Source of the DNA: an uncultured virus (IMG/VR IMGVR_UViG_2061766007_000262)
Lineage: Duplodnaviria > Heunggongvirae > Uroviricota > Caudoviricetes
DNA: 47,505 nucleotides
Strand: one strand, 5' to 3'
IMG/VR virus record: IMGVR_UViG_2061766007_000262
The notes below the pieces were generated by a model. The model searched no databases and was not told the origin of the DNA. It worked only from the letters and a program-made list of their open reading frames with translations. The number at the start of each line of letters is the position of its first letter. The first letter of the stretch is position 1. The translations under genes and the position numbers were made by a program. Of this stretch, positions 1-9,064 are shown in pieces.

Positions 1-324
1 CACGATATCGCCAAATAGTTCTTGGGCACCTTTCACATTCAAGTTAGCCTCTACCTTTTGTTCGCCTAACACGCTAGATAATTCTTTTAAGTCAATCTTC
101 TCTGGATGTTCCTTTAGATAGCTTAATTTAAGTGCTACTAACTCAACAGCCACAGGGACGTTAACCATTGTTCCATCATCTAAGGTTTTTTCAACTTCAA
201 TGCCCATACACTCTTTTACGACGTTAGAAAGCATCTTGTTGTCTTTCAACAAGTCAGCTTGGGTCTTGCGATACCCTTTATATATTCTTTTTTCGTAACC
301 ATTCATAAAATCAGTATTGTCCAT
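1..324 (-). CDS. Partial ORF running off the window (MDNTDFMNGYEKRIYKG...KVEANLNVKGAQELFGDIV); possible terminase small subunit
   Basis: Own translation: 108 open codons, GAGG RBS upstream. Position is equivalent to the start of the packaging operon; the TerS call is positional only. Confidence 0.4.
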   Translation of the reverse strand, partial: MDNTDFMNGYEKRIYKGYRKTQADLLKDNKMLSNVVKECMGIEVEKTLDDGTMVNVPVAVELVALKLSYLKEHPEKIDLKELSSVLGEQKVEANLNVKGAQELFGDIV

Positions 325-1044
325 AGAGCATACCTCATTGTTATTTTATACTTTCATTTTGAAAATATCAATATATTTTTACTACCAATTTGAAAATTTT
401 GGGAAAAATTTAAAAAGGGAACATTATTCTTATACAGGCACCCCCCTAGATCCGTCGGCATAGGGTGGGTGGTTTAGCTCATGCGTGTGTGTATGTGTGT
501 GAAGGCTGCCTATGTATTGGGATCCTTGCTGCTGCTTTACTTTACTTATACTTTTATCCCATTTTTTACCCCATAATAAATAAAAAGCCTATAAATAGGC
601 TTTATATATAAATGGTTGGATTCCTAGCAATTACACATACAAATTACACCAATGAGATCAAAAACAGCAACACTTAGGATCCTGATCCATCTAAATATTT
701 TATGTGCTGCTGTCTTTTTTTCTAATAAATAATGTTTTTACACCAAATAAAACTAAATAAAACCAAATAACACAAAATAACATACATTTATATTACATCT
801 ATCACATAATAGCTACATTACAATTACACTGTTAACAATAATAAAATCACTATAAAGAATATAATCATTTATTACTTTTTTCCTATTCTTTATCAATCAT
901 TAAAATTTTAGGTTATTAAAAAAGTGTTATACTCATTATCAATCATTAAATAATTTATAGTGTTATAAATTCAATAGATAAAAAGTAATATGANNNNNNN
1001 NNNGGTATTAAACCAAATAAAAAAGGAGTGAAGATAAAAGCTAA

Positions 1045-1233
1045 GTGACTTACAAAAGCAGCAATAATAAATATCTTTATAAATACGTCAAAAATAATTA
1101 TAAAAATGTTGTGCTTAGGTTTAGAGTAAATGAAGATCAAAACATAATACAACACCTAGAAAAAAAACCTAACAAAACAGTTTATATTAAAGACTTAATT
1201 ATTAAAGATATTGAAGCAAACAAAAACAAATAA
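1045..1233 (+). CDS. Small ribbon-helix-helix-like DNA-binding protein
   Basis: beta-strand VVLRFR followed by two helices (DQNIIQHL, YIKDLIIKDI); the exact start is uncertain. Confidence 0.55.
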   Translation: MTYKSSNNKYLYKYVKNNYKNVVLRFRVNEDQNIIQHLEKKPNKTVYIKDLIIKDIEANKNK

Positions 1234-1327
1234 AAAATTGCGTGATCCCTCCGCCAAGATGAATTCACGCAACAGCCTTAACAAGAGCTTTTTATATGCT
1301 CTACACCTGGAGTAAACCAGGCAGCTT
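1232..1327 (-). ncRNA. Putative ~95-nt three-hairpin antisense RNA
   Basis: Own promoter; stems CCTGG/CCAGG, AGAGC/GCTCT and TTGCGTGA/TCACGCAA (TTGGCG in the loop) followed by T6. Confidence 0.55.
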
Positions 1328-1333
1328 ATTTTA

Positions 1334-1362
1334 ATTATAAAATACAGCTCTCTAAAAATCAA
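1334..1362 (-). promoter_or_regulatory. Sigma70/A-type promoter driving the antisense RNA
   Basis: TTGATT-17 nt-TATAAT on the minus strand. Confidence 0.65.
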
Positions 1363-1389
1363 CAAATATTAAAAAGGAGCGTAAAAATT

Positions 1390-1857
1390 ATGTCTAAAAA
1401 TTATGATTATCAAAACTTTTATTTTACTACACTAAACGGATCTGAGATGTGCATCAGGTGCTGGACTTATGAATACTCAAACGGCTGGGGTCATAAAGCA
1501 GCTTTAATATCTATTGGATCAACATATTATGATTATGAGAAGAGAATCACATACTATAACAGGACTTATGAGTGCTTCAAGTATAAATCAGTTATCTACA
1601 AACTTGTTGATGAATTCTATAACAAAAAGTCACAAAAAATGGATCGTGAATTTATCTATACTCAATTAAAAACAATCGCAGACAACAAGCGTGAAGAAGC
1701 CGAAGCATGGATCAAGAATTTTACTAATATGTATAACTCGTTATCAAGCGACATGAAGGATATTCTTAAAAACGCAGATATTACACTTAACACTCAAGAA
1801 GACGCAGAAGCTATCATTAAAAGTGCTTTAACTTTTGATGCATGTATGAGCAAATAA
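1390..1857 (+). CDS. Hypothetical early phage protein
   Basis: 155 aa ORF, AAGGAG RBS. Confidence 0.8.
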   Translation: MSKNYDYQNFYFTTLNGSEMCIRCWTYEYSNGWGHKAALISIGSTYYDYEKRITYYNRTYECFKYKSVIYKLVDEFYNKKSQKMDREFIYTQLKTIADNKREEAEAWIKNFTNMYNSLSSDMKDILKNADITLNTQEDAEAIIKSALTFDACMSK

Positions 1858-1890
1858 CACTAGAAAAAACTAATTTATGGAGGATATATT

Positions 1891-2352
1891 ATGAAAACTA
1901 TTTATTCAAGCTTTATTGAAAATGAGGATCTTGACAACGCAAGAGAATATTTGATTGATCAAGAATTCTCTGAAGATGAAATCTCAGATTATGACTTATA
2001 CCAAACAGCACAATCTATAAAGGACTCGGATCTAGAATCGCTGATGTATGAATTCAAGACATACAGCAATAAAAAACCGCTTCTCACATACAAGATTGAG
2101 GGATCCCTTGGGCTATGGACTGGAAGACATACTATTTACCCTGTATATGGAACATCACTCTATAACGCAATTGATAGATGCATAAATGATAGAGATATTA
2201 CAGACTTTAAGATCCTTGAAGATAAAGGAAGGCTGATTGTTGAAGCATACCACCATGACGGCTGCAATAAATTCACAATCACTGTTAAAGATGAATGCAA
2301 AAACTACTATAAAAATATAAACTTTACTAAGTTTTTAAGAGAGGACTACTAA
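1891..2352 (+). CDS. Hypothetical early phage protein (LGLWxGR...HHDG motifs)
   Basis: 153 aa, GGAGG RBS, acidic N-terminal half. Confidence 0.8.
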   Translation: MKTIYSSFIENEDLDNAREYLIDQEFSEDEISDYDLYQTAQSIKDSDLESLMYEFKTYSNKKPLLTYKIEGSLGLWTGRHTIYPVYGTSLYNAIDRCINDRDITDFKILEDKGRLIVEAYHHDGCNKFTITVKDECKNYYKNINFTKFLREDY

Positions 2353-2353
2353 G

Positions 2354-2626
2354 ATGAAATACACTGTTAACTTATACCCTATTTACGGCGGTTATTATAC
2401 TTACGCTTATGATGTAGAAATTAGCAGCAGCGACACAGCAGATATAATCTCAGCCGCTGCGGCTAAAGCAGTCAAAAACAATGACGCTGCTATGTATATT
2501 AAAGCTGATGAAGCTGATGACTGCCAAGATCTCGCAGATGATGCATATCTCTATTTAGATTTGAGTGAATATGACTGCGACAACGTTTATATAAGATGTG
2601 ATGTTCTATCAATTAAGGAGGTTTAA
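2354..2626 (+). CDS. Small acidic hypothetical protein
   Basis: 90 aa, coupled to its neighbours. Confidence 0.75.
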   Translation: MKYTVNLYPIYGGYYTYAYDVEISSSDTADIISAAAAKAVKNNDAAMYIKADEADDCQDLADDAYLYLDLSEYDCDNVYIRCDVLSIKEV

Positions 2627-2628
2627 AA

Positions 2629-4314
2629 ATGAAAAGAAAGAATAAATTTATTAAGGAGGCAACAACCGTGCAAAACACAAAACCAGCAACAAAAAAACAA
2701 TTAGATTTTTTACTTAACTTAGGTGCGGATCCTAAAGACTTAGAAAGCTTAACTGTAAAGGAAGCATCTATAATGATAGGTCAATTCTTAAGACAAACTA
2801 AAAGTGATGTAAAGCCTGATGTAAAAAAGGACTTTACATTACAAGACCTAGAGAATTTACTTGCTAAGTATCACGCAAGTTATAAAACAGGTCGCAATGG
2901 TTTTTATCTTGAAAATGAAGGATCCAATTCTAAAAGTGAATTGTTAAAAGATTCAAGAAAATTCAAGAGTTATATTCTAAACGTGATCAAAACTGAGTTT
3001 AAAGATATTAAAGTTTCTAAGTGCTCTTGTAGTTTTCAACACTACTACAATGAATATATTGACATCACAATTACAGCACCTAAGAGCGATATATTTAAAA
3101 CGTTTGAAGATATTAGAGCTGAATACAAATCGCAGTATAGCACATTTGATGTTTTAAGATATTATTTTAGAGATTGTGACTGCAGCAAGTGGGACGACAT
3201 CTATGGTGCGACTGAAAAGAGAATTTATGACCTATACTACACTAACAAATTGCTTGAATTTAAAAATGCTAACACTAGAGAAGCAGAAATATTACAAGAT
3301 TCATTTAAGAATAAACTAGAATTCATACGTCAGCTTCTTCTCTCATTTAGTTATGATAATTCAAGTTATGATACAGACTATTTTGACAGCGGGCTTAATT
3401 TTTACGTAAGGTTTATAGCAAGTGACGCAAATTTAGATGACAAAAAAGCAATTGAAAACATACTTGAAACTTGCAAGGATCAGGAAGAATTGCTCATTAA
3501 ATATCCGTTATCTCAAGATGAAGACAGCGAGCTTAGAAAAGCGATTGAAAAGTATCAAGAAAATGCTGCTATTGAAGAAGCAAGATATGCTGCTGAACTT
3601 GAAGCAGAAAAGGCTAAATATGAAAAATGGGCTTTAGAGCAAAAAGAAAATACTGAATATATATCTAAACACGTTGAAATTATAGACCTTAAAGAAACGC
3701 AATATTTAAAAGGATCCAGATTTAGCACTTGGAATAAACCAGCGACACTTGAATCGGCTAAAGAATACGTTGAAAAATATCCTGAAGCAGGCAGAGTTGG
3801 AACCATCGCTGAAGTTAAGCAAATTATAAACTTTAAGGATCAAAAAGCATTTGAATTATTCAACAACGCTTTATTAAATGATTATGAATTCTTAAAAGAT
3901 GTAAACTGTGGCTGTGGTCATGTAGATTATGATACATTAGATCCAGTTGATTACGACACAGCTTACTACATGAGTTTAGAAGAAAGAGAAGCAAAAAACA
4001 TTGCTTGGATGAGAGGCTGCGTGATCATTGCTTTAAATGGTGTAAATCAATACTTGGTAGATACTGAAGGCAGCAACTACTGCAGATACGTTGGCTTTTT
4101 ACCAGATGGCAGCAAGACAGCACCAGTTAAAAATGATAGGTGGCTTTCAGATGAAGAAAAGGAACATTTAAAAACTGCTGAAAGATATGATTTTGATATA
4201 TGGGATTATGGATCAGGTCGCAGCACAAATAAGGTATTCTGGGAAGAACTTGAAAAGCTTGGAACAGTTACAAAAAATAAAAATTACTGGAGTTTTAAAA
4301 AGGCTAGGGCTTAA
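2629..4314 (+). CDS. Multi-domain polyvalent-type protein (LPD29-like and DUF6329-like segments)
   Basis: 561 aa; SYDNSSYDTDYFD and LVDTEGSNYCRYVG motifs recalled from polyvalent-protein domains. The domain names are tentative. Confidence 0.5.
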   Translation: MKRKNKFIKEATTVQNTKPATKKQLDFLLNLGADPKDLESLTVKEASIMIGQFLRQTKSDVKPDVKKDFTLQDLENLLAKYHASYKTGRNGFYLENEGSNSKSELLKDSRKFKSYILNVIKTEFKDIKVSKCSCSFQHYYNEYIDITITAPKSDIFKTFEDIRAEYKSQYSTFDVLRYYFRDCDCSKWDDIYGATEKRIYDLYYTNKLLEFKNANTREAEILQDSFKNKLEFIRQLLLSFSYDNSSYDTDYFDSGLNFYVRFIASDANLDDKKAIENILETCKDQEELLIKYPLSQDEDSELRKAIEKYQENAAIEEARYAAELEAEKAKYEKWALEQKENTEYISKHVEIIDLKETQYLKGSRFSTWNKPATLESAKEYVEKYPEAGRVGTIAEVKQIINFKDQKAFELFNNALLNDYEFLKDVNCGCGHVDYDTLDPVDYDTAYYMSLEEREAKNIAWMRGCVIIALNGVNQYLVDTEGSNYCRYVGFLPDGSKTAPVKNDRWLSDEEKEHLKTAERYDFDIWDYGSGRSTNKVFWEELEKLGTVTKNKNYWSFKKARA

Positions 4315-4348
4315 TGCCCTAACCTTGTAAGAGATAAGAGGTTAAATT

Positions 4349-4597
4349 ATGAACAACGCTATTTTTTCAAAAAAGTTAAAAAATGATATTATTGATTATA
4401 CTTTAATAAAAAAACACACATTATTAGTTATTAGAGAATTACAACTTGCGTATAACAATTTAATTGTTGATGGTGAAACTGAAACAATAAGTGAAGAGGT
4501 CTATAAATTCTTTAACAAGAAAGAATATTCACGCAACTTAGCAGTAACTGAAAAAGGTATAGGCTGGTCTATAAAATGGATAACTACTGGTGCATAA
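4349..4597 (+). CDS. Hypothetical protein, homolog of 41317..41565
   Basis: Shared LKNDI / YNNL-FNDL / KFFNKKEYS-RFYSKKKYS pattern. Confidence 0.7.
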   Translation: MNNAIFSKKLKNDIIDYTLIKKHTLLVIRELQLAYNNLIVDGETETISEEVYKFFNKKEYSRNLAVTEKGIGWSIKWITTGA

Positions 4598-4610
4598 AAG
4601 GAGCAGGAAA

Positions 4611-4682
4611 ATGAAAGAGTGGACTGAAGAAGATTTAAAAATGCTATATGATTATTTAATGGGCAACAACAAAAGCAAATAG
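4611..4682 (+). CDS. 23-aa micropeptide MKEWTEEDLKMLYDYLMGNNKSK
   Basis: Own translation; purine-rich RBS; homolog at 41097..41171. Confidence 0.6.
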   Translation: MKEWTEEDLKMLYDYLMGNNKSK

Positions 4683-4694
4683 TTTTCATAAAAT

Positions 4695-4733
4695 AAAATA
4701 AGGCTATGGAGCAATTCATAGCCTTATTTTTTT
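4695..4733. terminator. Bidirectional intrinsic terminator between convergent clusters
   Basis: AAAATAAGGCTATG...CATAGCCTTATTTT with T-tract. Confidence 0.8.
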
Positions 4734-4853
4734 CTTTCTAACGCATTTTTATTTTTATTACGCTTAAGTTATTACTTTTACAATAAAACATCAATCTGGA
4801 AACAATTTATATGCTTAAATGAGATTTTACTATCATATTGGAAGCGACAAATA

Positions 4854-5273
4854 CTAAAAATAAAATGAAATTATATTAGAACTGAATACTTTTATTACAT
4901 CATCAATGTATTTTTTTGATATGTTTTTTTCTTCAGCAATTTCATCAATTGTTCTATTATCAAAATAATATGACCTAATTATTTCTTTATTTTCATCTTC
5001 AAACATTTCTAATATGTTATTTAGGTTGTTTAACAGCCTGCTTTTGGCAGCATTCAATTCATCAATAAACATACTGAATCTTTCATACTCAACCTTAGAA
5101 ACAATAAATAGTTTTTTACCAGCTTTTGTTTTTACTTTTTTGTTGAGATCCATATACGCTGCACGAATGTCTAATTCGCCTTTAGCATATTCAATCAGCA
5201 AATCATAGTTTAACAGCAGCCTTTTTATTTTTTCAAGCACGTTTCTAGCTTGAGAATAATTATCGCTGTTCAT
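4854..5273 (-). CDS. RinA/ArpU-like regulator with a sigma region-4-type HTH
   Basis: C-terminal IIRSYYFDNRTIDEIAEEKNIS; last gene of the middle operon. Confidence 0.6.
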   Translation of the reverse strand: MNSDNYSQARNVLEKIKRLLLNYDLLIEYAKGELDIRAAYMDLNKKVKTKAGKKLFIVSKVEYERFSMFIDELNAAKSRLLNNLNNILEMFEDENKEIIRSYYFDNRTIDEIAEEKNISKKYIDDVIKVFSSNIISFYF

Positions 5274-5274
5274 T

Positions 5275-5628
5275 TTATTCTATTGTAACAACGTCTGAGT
5301 AATAACTATAAACACCATCATTTTTATCTCTATCAACAACATAAATGTTTTGAGCGATCAGCTTAGGTATTATTTTGCCTTCATTGGTCAAGTATGTATC
5401 TATGTAACCATTTAAGCAAATTGTTTTGCCTATAATACTGCTTCTGGTGTTAATCGCTTTATTAGATGCATATATTTGCACTACAAGCTCTATTGTAGAG
5501 TTTTCTCTGATTTTGGATCCGTTTTTTTCAACTTCTACTCTTAACAAATAACTTTTATATTGCTTATTGCTAATATCTTCAAAATCAGATAGTGCGGTTC
5601 CTATAATTCTAAATTCATTGTTTAACAT
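5275..5628 (-). CDS. SSB-like OB-fold protein
   Basis: N.FRIIG ... GKTICLNGYIDT pattern. Confidence 0.5.
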   Translation of the reverse strand: MLNNEFRIIGTALSDFEDISNKQYKSYLLRVEVEKNGSKIRENSTIELVVQIYASNKAINTRSSIIGKTICLNGYIDTYLTNEGKIIPKLIAQNIYVVDRDKNDGVYSYYSDVVTIE

Positions 5629-5676
5629 ATTTTACCTCTTATTCAAAAAAATCAACAAATGACAGTTGCCTATCGT

Positions 5677-5865
5677 CTATTTTTCCTCCTTTTTTTCTTT
5701 TATATGTTTTTCTATCAAATCGCAAATATGGTAAAGGTCATAACATACTATAGCCACTACGCTTAACCAATTGTTAATTAAGACAAATATATGCCCTTGC
5801 CTTAATAGGATTATCAACCCTATATTTAGTATTACTAAAAATACAGTCCTAAAAATGTTGCTCAT
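5677..5865 (-). CDS. Small two-TM membrane protein
   Basis: 62 aa, two hydrophobic stretches. Confidence 0.55.
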   Translation of the reverse strand: MSNIFRTVFLVILNIGLIILLRQGHIFVLINNWLSVVAIVCYDLYHICDLIEKHIKEKKEEK

Positions 5866-5880
5866 TTTCTAATAATTCCT

Positions 5881-6156
5881 TTAACTTGATTGATTCTCGT
5901 AGTTCCATACTTCGCCTTTATTACAAATATAAGTTGCGAATGTTTTAGTTCCATAGATTTCAACGATTAAGTATGTTATAGACTTTCCTTTTTCATCTAT
6001 TCCATAAGCAGATTTTGTTTTGATAGCAACAACTTTTTCTTCATAATCAAACACAAACTCTTCTTTACATTTTTCTATGTATTCTGCTTGTTGATTTTCA
6101 CAACCAACTAAACACAACACAAATGCTAATAATATAACGCTAATTAGTTTTTTCAT
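5881..6156 (-). CDS. Putative lipoprotein
   Basis: MKK + hydrophobic stretch + lipobox LVGC. Confidence 0.7.
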   Translation of the reverse strand: MKKLISVILLAFVLCLVGCENQQAEYIEKCKEEFVFDYEEKVVAIKTKSAYGIDEKGKSITYLIVEIYGTKTFATYICNKGEVWNYENQSS

Positions 6157-6577
6157 TTTTTACCTCTTTTTCTTCTCTCATTTTTTCTATGATTTCTTTA
6201 ATTTGACCCATTATTTTATCTTTATGGATCGTCATCAAAACAGATTTATATATAATCAATGCGTATGTTAAAGCGTCAGCGACATCATCATTGATTGTAA
6301 ATGTATAATTTTTCTTGTTCTTGTTTTTATTTTCGTGTCTATTATTTAACTCGCTTGTAAAATCTTCCAACAATTCAAAATGAGAATAGGTCAAATAATC
6401 TTTCCAATTAAAACTCTCTCGCCAAGCCCCTAATTGATATAAAGCACAAGCTAATACATCATAGTATTTTTCGTTTTGTTCTACATTGTAGAAACAAAGG
6501 TCAACCAATTCTTGACTGTCTAATTGTTCGTTGTTTAATACTTTTCCTACTATTTTATACAATTCTTTATCAGTCAT
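6140..6577 (-). CDS. Hypothetical protein, near-identical to 46508..46924
   Basis: Direct sequence comparison. Confidence 0.8.
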   Translation of the reverse strand: MTDKELYKIVGKVLNNEQLDSQELVDLCFYNVEQNEKYYDVLACALYQLGAWRESFNWKDYLTYSHFELLEDFTSELNNRHENKNKNKKNYTFTINDDVADALTYALIIYKSVLMTIHKDKIMGQIKEIIEKMREEKEVKNEKTN

Positions 6578-6725
6578 TTTCTAATTCCTCAATTTCAACT
6601 TTTATAATTGTTTCGCAATTAACTAACGCTCCAACAAAGTTAAATAAATAGTCTTTTGGTATAATAATTTCTTCAATGTTTTCGTTAAAGTATGTAATTT
6701 TAATACTAATCCTTATTTCTTTCAT
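6570..6725 (-). CDS. 51-aa hypothetical protein (MKEIRISIK...EELEND)
   Basis: Own translation; overlaps both neighbours in operon style. Confidence 0.55.
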   Translation of the reverse strand: MKEIRISIKITYFNENIEEIIIPKDYLFNFVGALVNCETIIKVEIEELEND

Positions 6726-7044
6726 TTTCTAGCCACTCCTTTACTTTGTAATAATCACAATTAGGATAACATTCATCTGCATATTCTTCATCTTCTTCTA
6801 CACTAACACAATTAGAAATACATAATTTTATTGCTTCTGTACTTCCATTATCTTGTGAATAATAATTTTCATCCATTGTTAAATTATTTTTTAATATTTC
6901 TAACACTTCTAAATCTTTAAACAAAACATTATATTCATCGCAGTAATCATTACTAATGCTTCTAAAAGGACAACGCTGTTTTGCTAAACTTAAAGTATAC
7001 TCGCAATCCTTACACCATTGTTTTAATGTTTCTTTACTTGTCAT
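6706..7044 (-). CDS. MTSKE/KDLEVLEILK/KEWLEN family paralog with Cys-rich inserts
   Basis: Motifs shared with four other ORFs in the window. Confidence 0.75.
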   Translation of the reverse strand: MTSKETLKQWCKDCEYTLSLAKQRCPFRSISNDYCDEYNVLFKDLEVLEILKNNLTMDENYYSQDNGSTEAIKLCISNCVSVEEDEEYADECYPNCDYYKVKEWLENERNKD

Positions 7045-7319
7045 ACATCAAACTCCTTATGACAATCTTCACAGATATAATGACAGGTAAATTGATTTTT
7101 AGTTGGTGTTGCTAAAGCAGTTCCATACATATATTGAACATTAGTTGACCCACAATATAGGCATATAGTTGAAGGTTTTATATCTGAGTTAATATGAGAA
7201 CTAACTCCTTGTGGCTCTTTATCATTTAACGGATTTTCTAAACTCTTTGCTATTTTTTCTAATGCGTTTGCTATTCTATGTATATCGTTATACATTTGTT
7301 CTTCGTATTTAGTTGTCAT
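7041..7319 (-). CDS. Zinc-ribbon protein
   Basis: CLYCGS...CEDC. Confidence 0.65.
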   Translation of the reverse strand: MTTKYEEQMYNDIHRIANALEKIAKSLENPLNDKEPQGVSSHINSDIKPSTICLYCGSTNVQYMYGTALATPTKNQFTCHYICEDCHKEFDV

Positions 7320-7665
7320 TATTCTTCCTCTCTAACAACTCATCAAAAAGTTTGTCGGCTCTTGACCTTTCTCTTAAAAACATATCTTGAAAGTAATTTC
7401 CGTCATCATCGTTTACGAGCCTTTCGTTATTTATGCTTTTAAGTGCGTGTAAGAGTGCTTGGATTGTATCTCTATTTTCTATGTTTTCATCAAGTAGTCT
7501 ATTATTACGCCTTACAAGTTCATCATAATCTGGCTTCGCTACTTCACATTTTTTAGTTTCATTTCCTTTTAATTTTTCTTCAAGTTCTTTAATATGTTCT
7601 TCTTGCTTTCTGCATAATGCAGTTAATTCTTCATAAGTTAATGCTTCATCTTTAATTTCTTTCAT
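7309..7665 (-). CDS. Coiled-coil hypothetical protein
   Basis: 118 aa ORF. Confidence 0.7.
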   Translation of the reverse strand: MKEIKDEALTYEELTALCRKQEEHIKELEEKLKGNETKKCEVAKPDYDELVRRNNRLLDENIENRDTIQALLHALKSINNERLVNDDDGNYFQDMFLRERSRADKLFDELLERKNNDN

Positions 7666-7906
7666 TTTCTAACCACCTTTTAACTATTTCATAGCCATCA
7701 TCATTTGGTTCAATAATAATCGCTATCGTTTTTGGCTCACCTGTATAAACTGAATTAAGTTCAGTTAATCTTGCGTGAGATTTTAATATTTCTAATGCTT
7801 CTAAATCTTTTAGCAATATGTCTGATGCTTCTAAAAATGTTTCATGAGTAAAACCAACTCCAGCCCATCTAACTATTCTAAACGCCTCTTTACTATTCAT
7901 TGACAT
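7652..7906 (-). CDS. MTSKE/KDLEVLEILK/KEWLEN family paralog
   Basis: MNSKEA...KDLEALEILK...KRWLENERN. Confidence 0.75.
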   Translation of the reverse strand: MSMNSKEAFRIVRWAGVGFTHETFLEASDILLKDLEALEILKSHARLTELNSVYTGEPKTIAIIIEPNDDGYEIVKRWLENERN

Positions 7907-8051
7907 TGCTCCACAACGTTATTTTATTTGGATTGTTAGCACAAAATGTGCAAGAATCGTTTACTACAGGCTCACCTTTTTTCATTCGTTCGTAGATATG
8001 ACAGCCTTCACATCTTTGTCTTGGATGAGCCATATTTACTTTTTCAAACAT
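7893..8051 (-). CDS. 52-aa CxxC/CxxC protein (MFEKVNMAHPRQRCEGC...CTFC)
   Basis: Own translation; AAGGAG RBS. Confidence 0.55.
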   Translation of the reverse strand: MFEKVNMAHPRQRCEGCHIYERMKKGEPVVNDSCTFCANNPNKITLWSNVNE

Positions 8052-8064
8052 TTCTTTCTCCTTT

Positions 8065-8439
8065 TTAAATATCTAGTTGTAATTGCCCCTTATTTAAAAT
8101 ATCTCTTTCTCTTTGTGTGATTCCGTTTATTCTATCAACGGCTATGTCATAGTATTGTTTATCTATTTCAATACCGATAAAATCTCTATCAAGCTCTTTA
8201 CACGCTACACCAGTTGTTCCGCTACCCATAAAGCAATCTAACACNNNNNNNNNNTTAAAATCAACCCCATTTGATATATGTTTAATATCATTCGTTTTTA
8301 ATTTTCCTGTTTTTACTATTCTTTCCCCAAAATCACTATATAAATATGGTATATCAATATAAACCAAATCAACGCTTTTATCAGGTATTGTTTTTATAAG
8401 TTCATAAGCATTACCTTTAATTAGCTTTATCATCTTCAC
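8065..8439 (-). CDS. N6-adenine/N4-cytosine DNA methyltransferase (beta class), middle lost in the N gap
   Basis: [10 protein letters not shown] (DPPY-like motif IV) precedes [12 protein letters not shown] (motif I). Confidence 0.85.
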   Translation of the reverse strand: MKMIKLIKGNAYELIKTIPDKSVDLVYIDIPYLYSDFGERIVKTGKLKTNDIKHISNGVDFXXXXVLDCFMGSGTTGVACKELDRDFIGIEIDKQYYDIAVDRINGITQRERDILNKGQLQLDI

Positions 8440-8464
8440 ATTTTTCCTTTATTGTATTTGTATA

Positions 8465-9061
8465 TCATTTAATTTCGTTTTCATTTTCTAATTCCTTTTT
8501 CTTTAACTTTTTATAATTTGGCATATCTACGCCAAATGTTTTTCTATGCCAATTATTAATTTCGTCTATTGTTTCAACCTCTCTATTCTCTTTTATCGTG
8601 TGAGTCTTAAAGTATTCTCTCTTAAAAATAAAGTATTCTCGTTTCAACCTTTCATAATCATACATTGGCTCAAAACCTCTTTCCTTACAGATACGAATAA
8701 CATCATCTATCTGTTGTAAGAAAAAGTCTTGATACAATTTGGCGTCAATTTTATTTGTTTGAAAAACCTCTAACCAAGATTTTTTTTCATCTTTTAATAG
8801 TTCTTGAAACATTGATTCTTTATCTTTAATTCTTTCTAAAAACTCACGCTCTCTTTTCTTTTGTATAGTTGTTAGATACTCATAAGGGCTTATACCTCTT
8901 TTGCCTAATTGAATCTCAAAAATATACGTTTCTAAATCTTCTCTTGTTACATCAAAATAATGTAACTTTTCACAAGTGTTTATTAACATCTCTAACATTT
9001 CTTCGCTATTCATTTTGTAAAACGCTTGTCTATCAAATATAATTTCCATTAATAACCTCAC
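8465..9061 (-). CDS. Replication-associated hypothetical protein, paralog of 11275..11817
   Basis: FDRQxFYKMNSEEM and REYFxFKxEYFKTHTIK are shared. Confidence 0.75.
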   Translation of the reverse strand: MRLLMEIIFDRQAFYKMNSEEMLEMLINTCEKLHYFDVTREDLETYIFEIQLGKRGISPYEYLTTIQKKREREFLERIKDKESMFQELLKDEKKSWLEVFQTNKIDAKLYQDFFLQQIDDVIRICKERGFEPMYDYERLKREYFIFKREYFKTHTIKENREVETIDEINNWHRKTFGVDMPNYKKLKKKELENENEIK

Positions 9062-9064
9062 AAA

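Noticed and set aside
8065..8439. Naturally minimal methyltransferase
   Set aside because: The short length is explained by the internal N gap.
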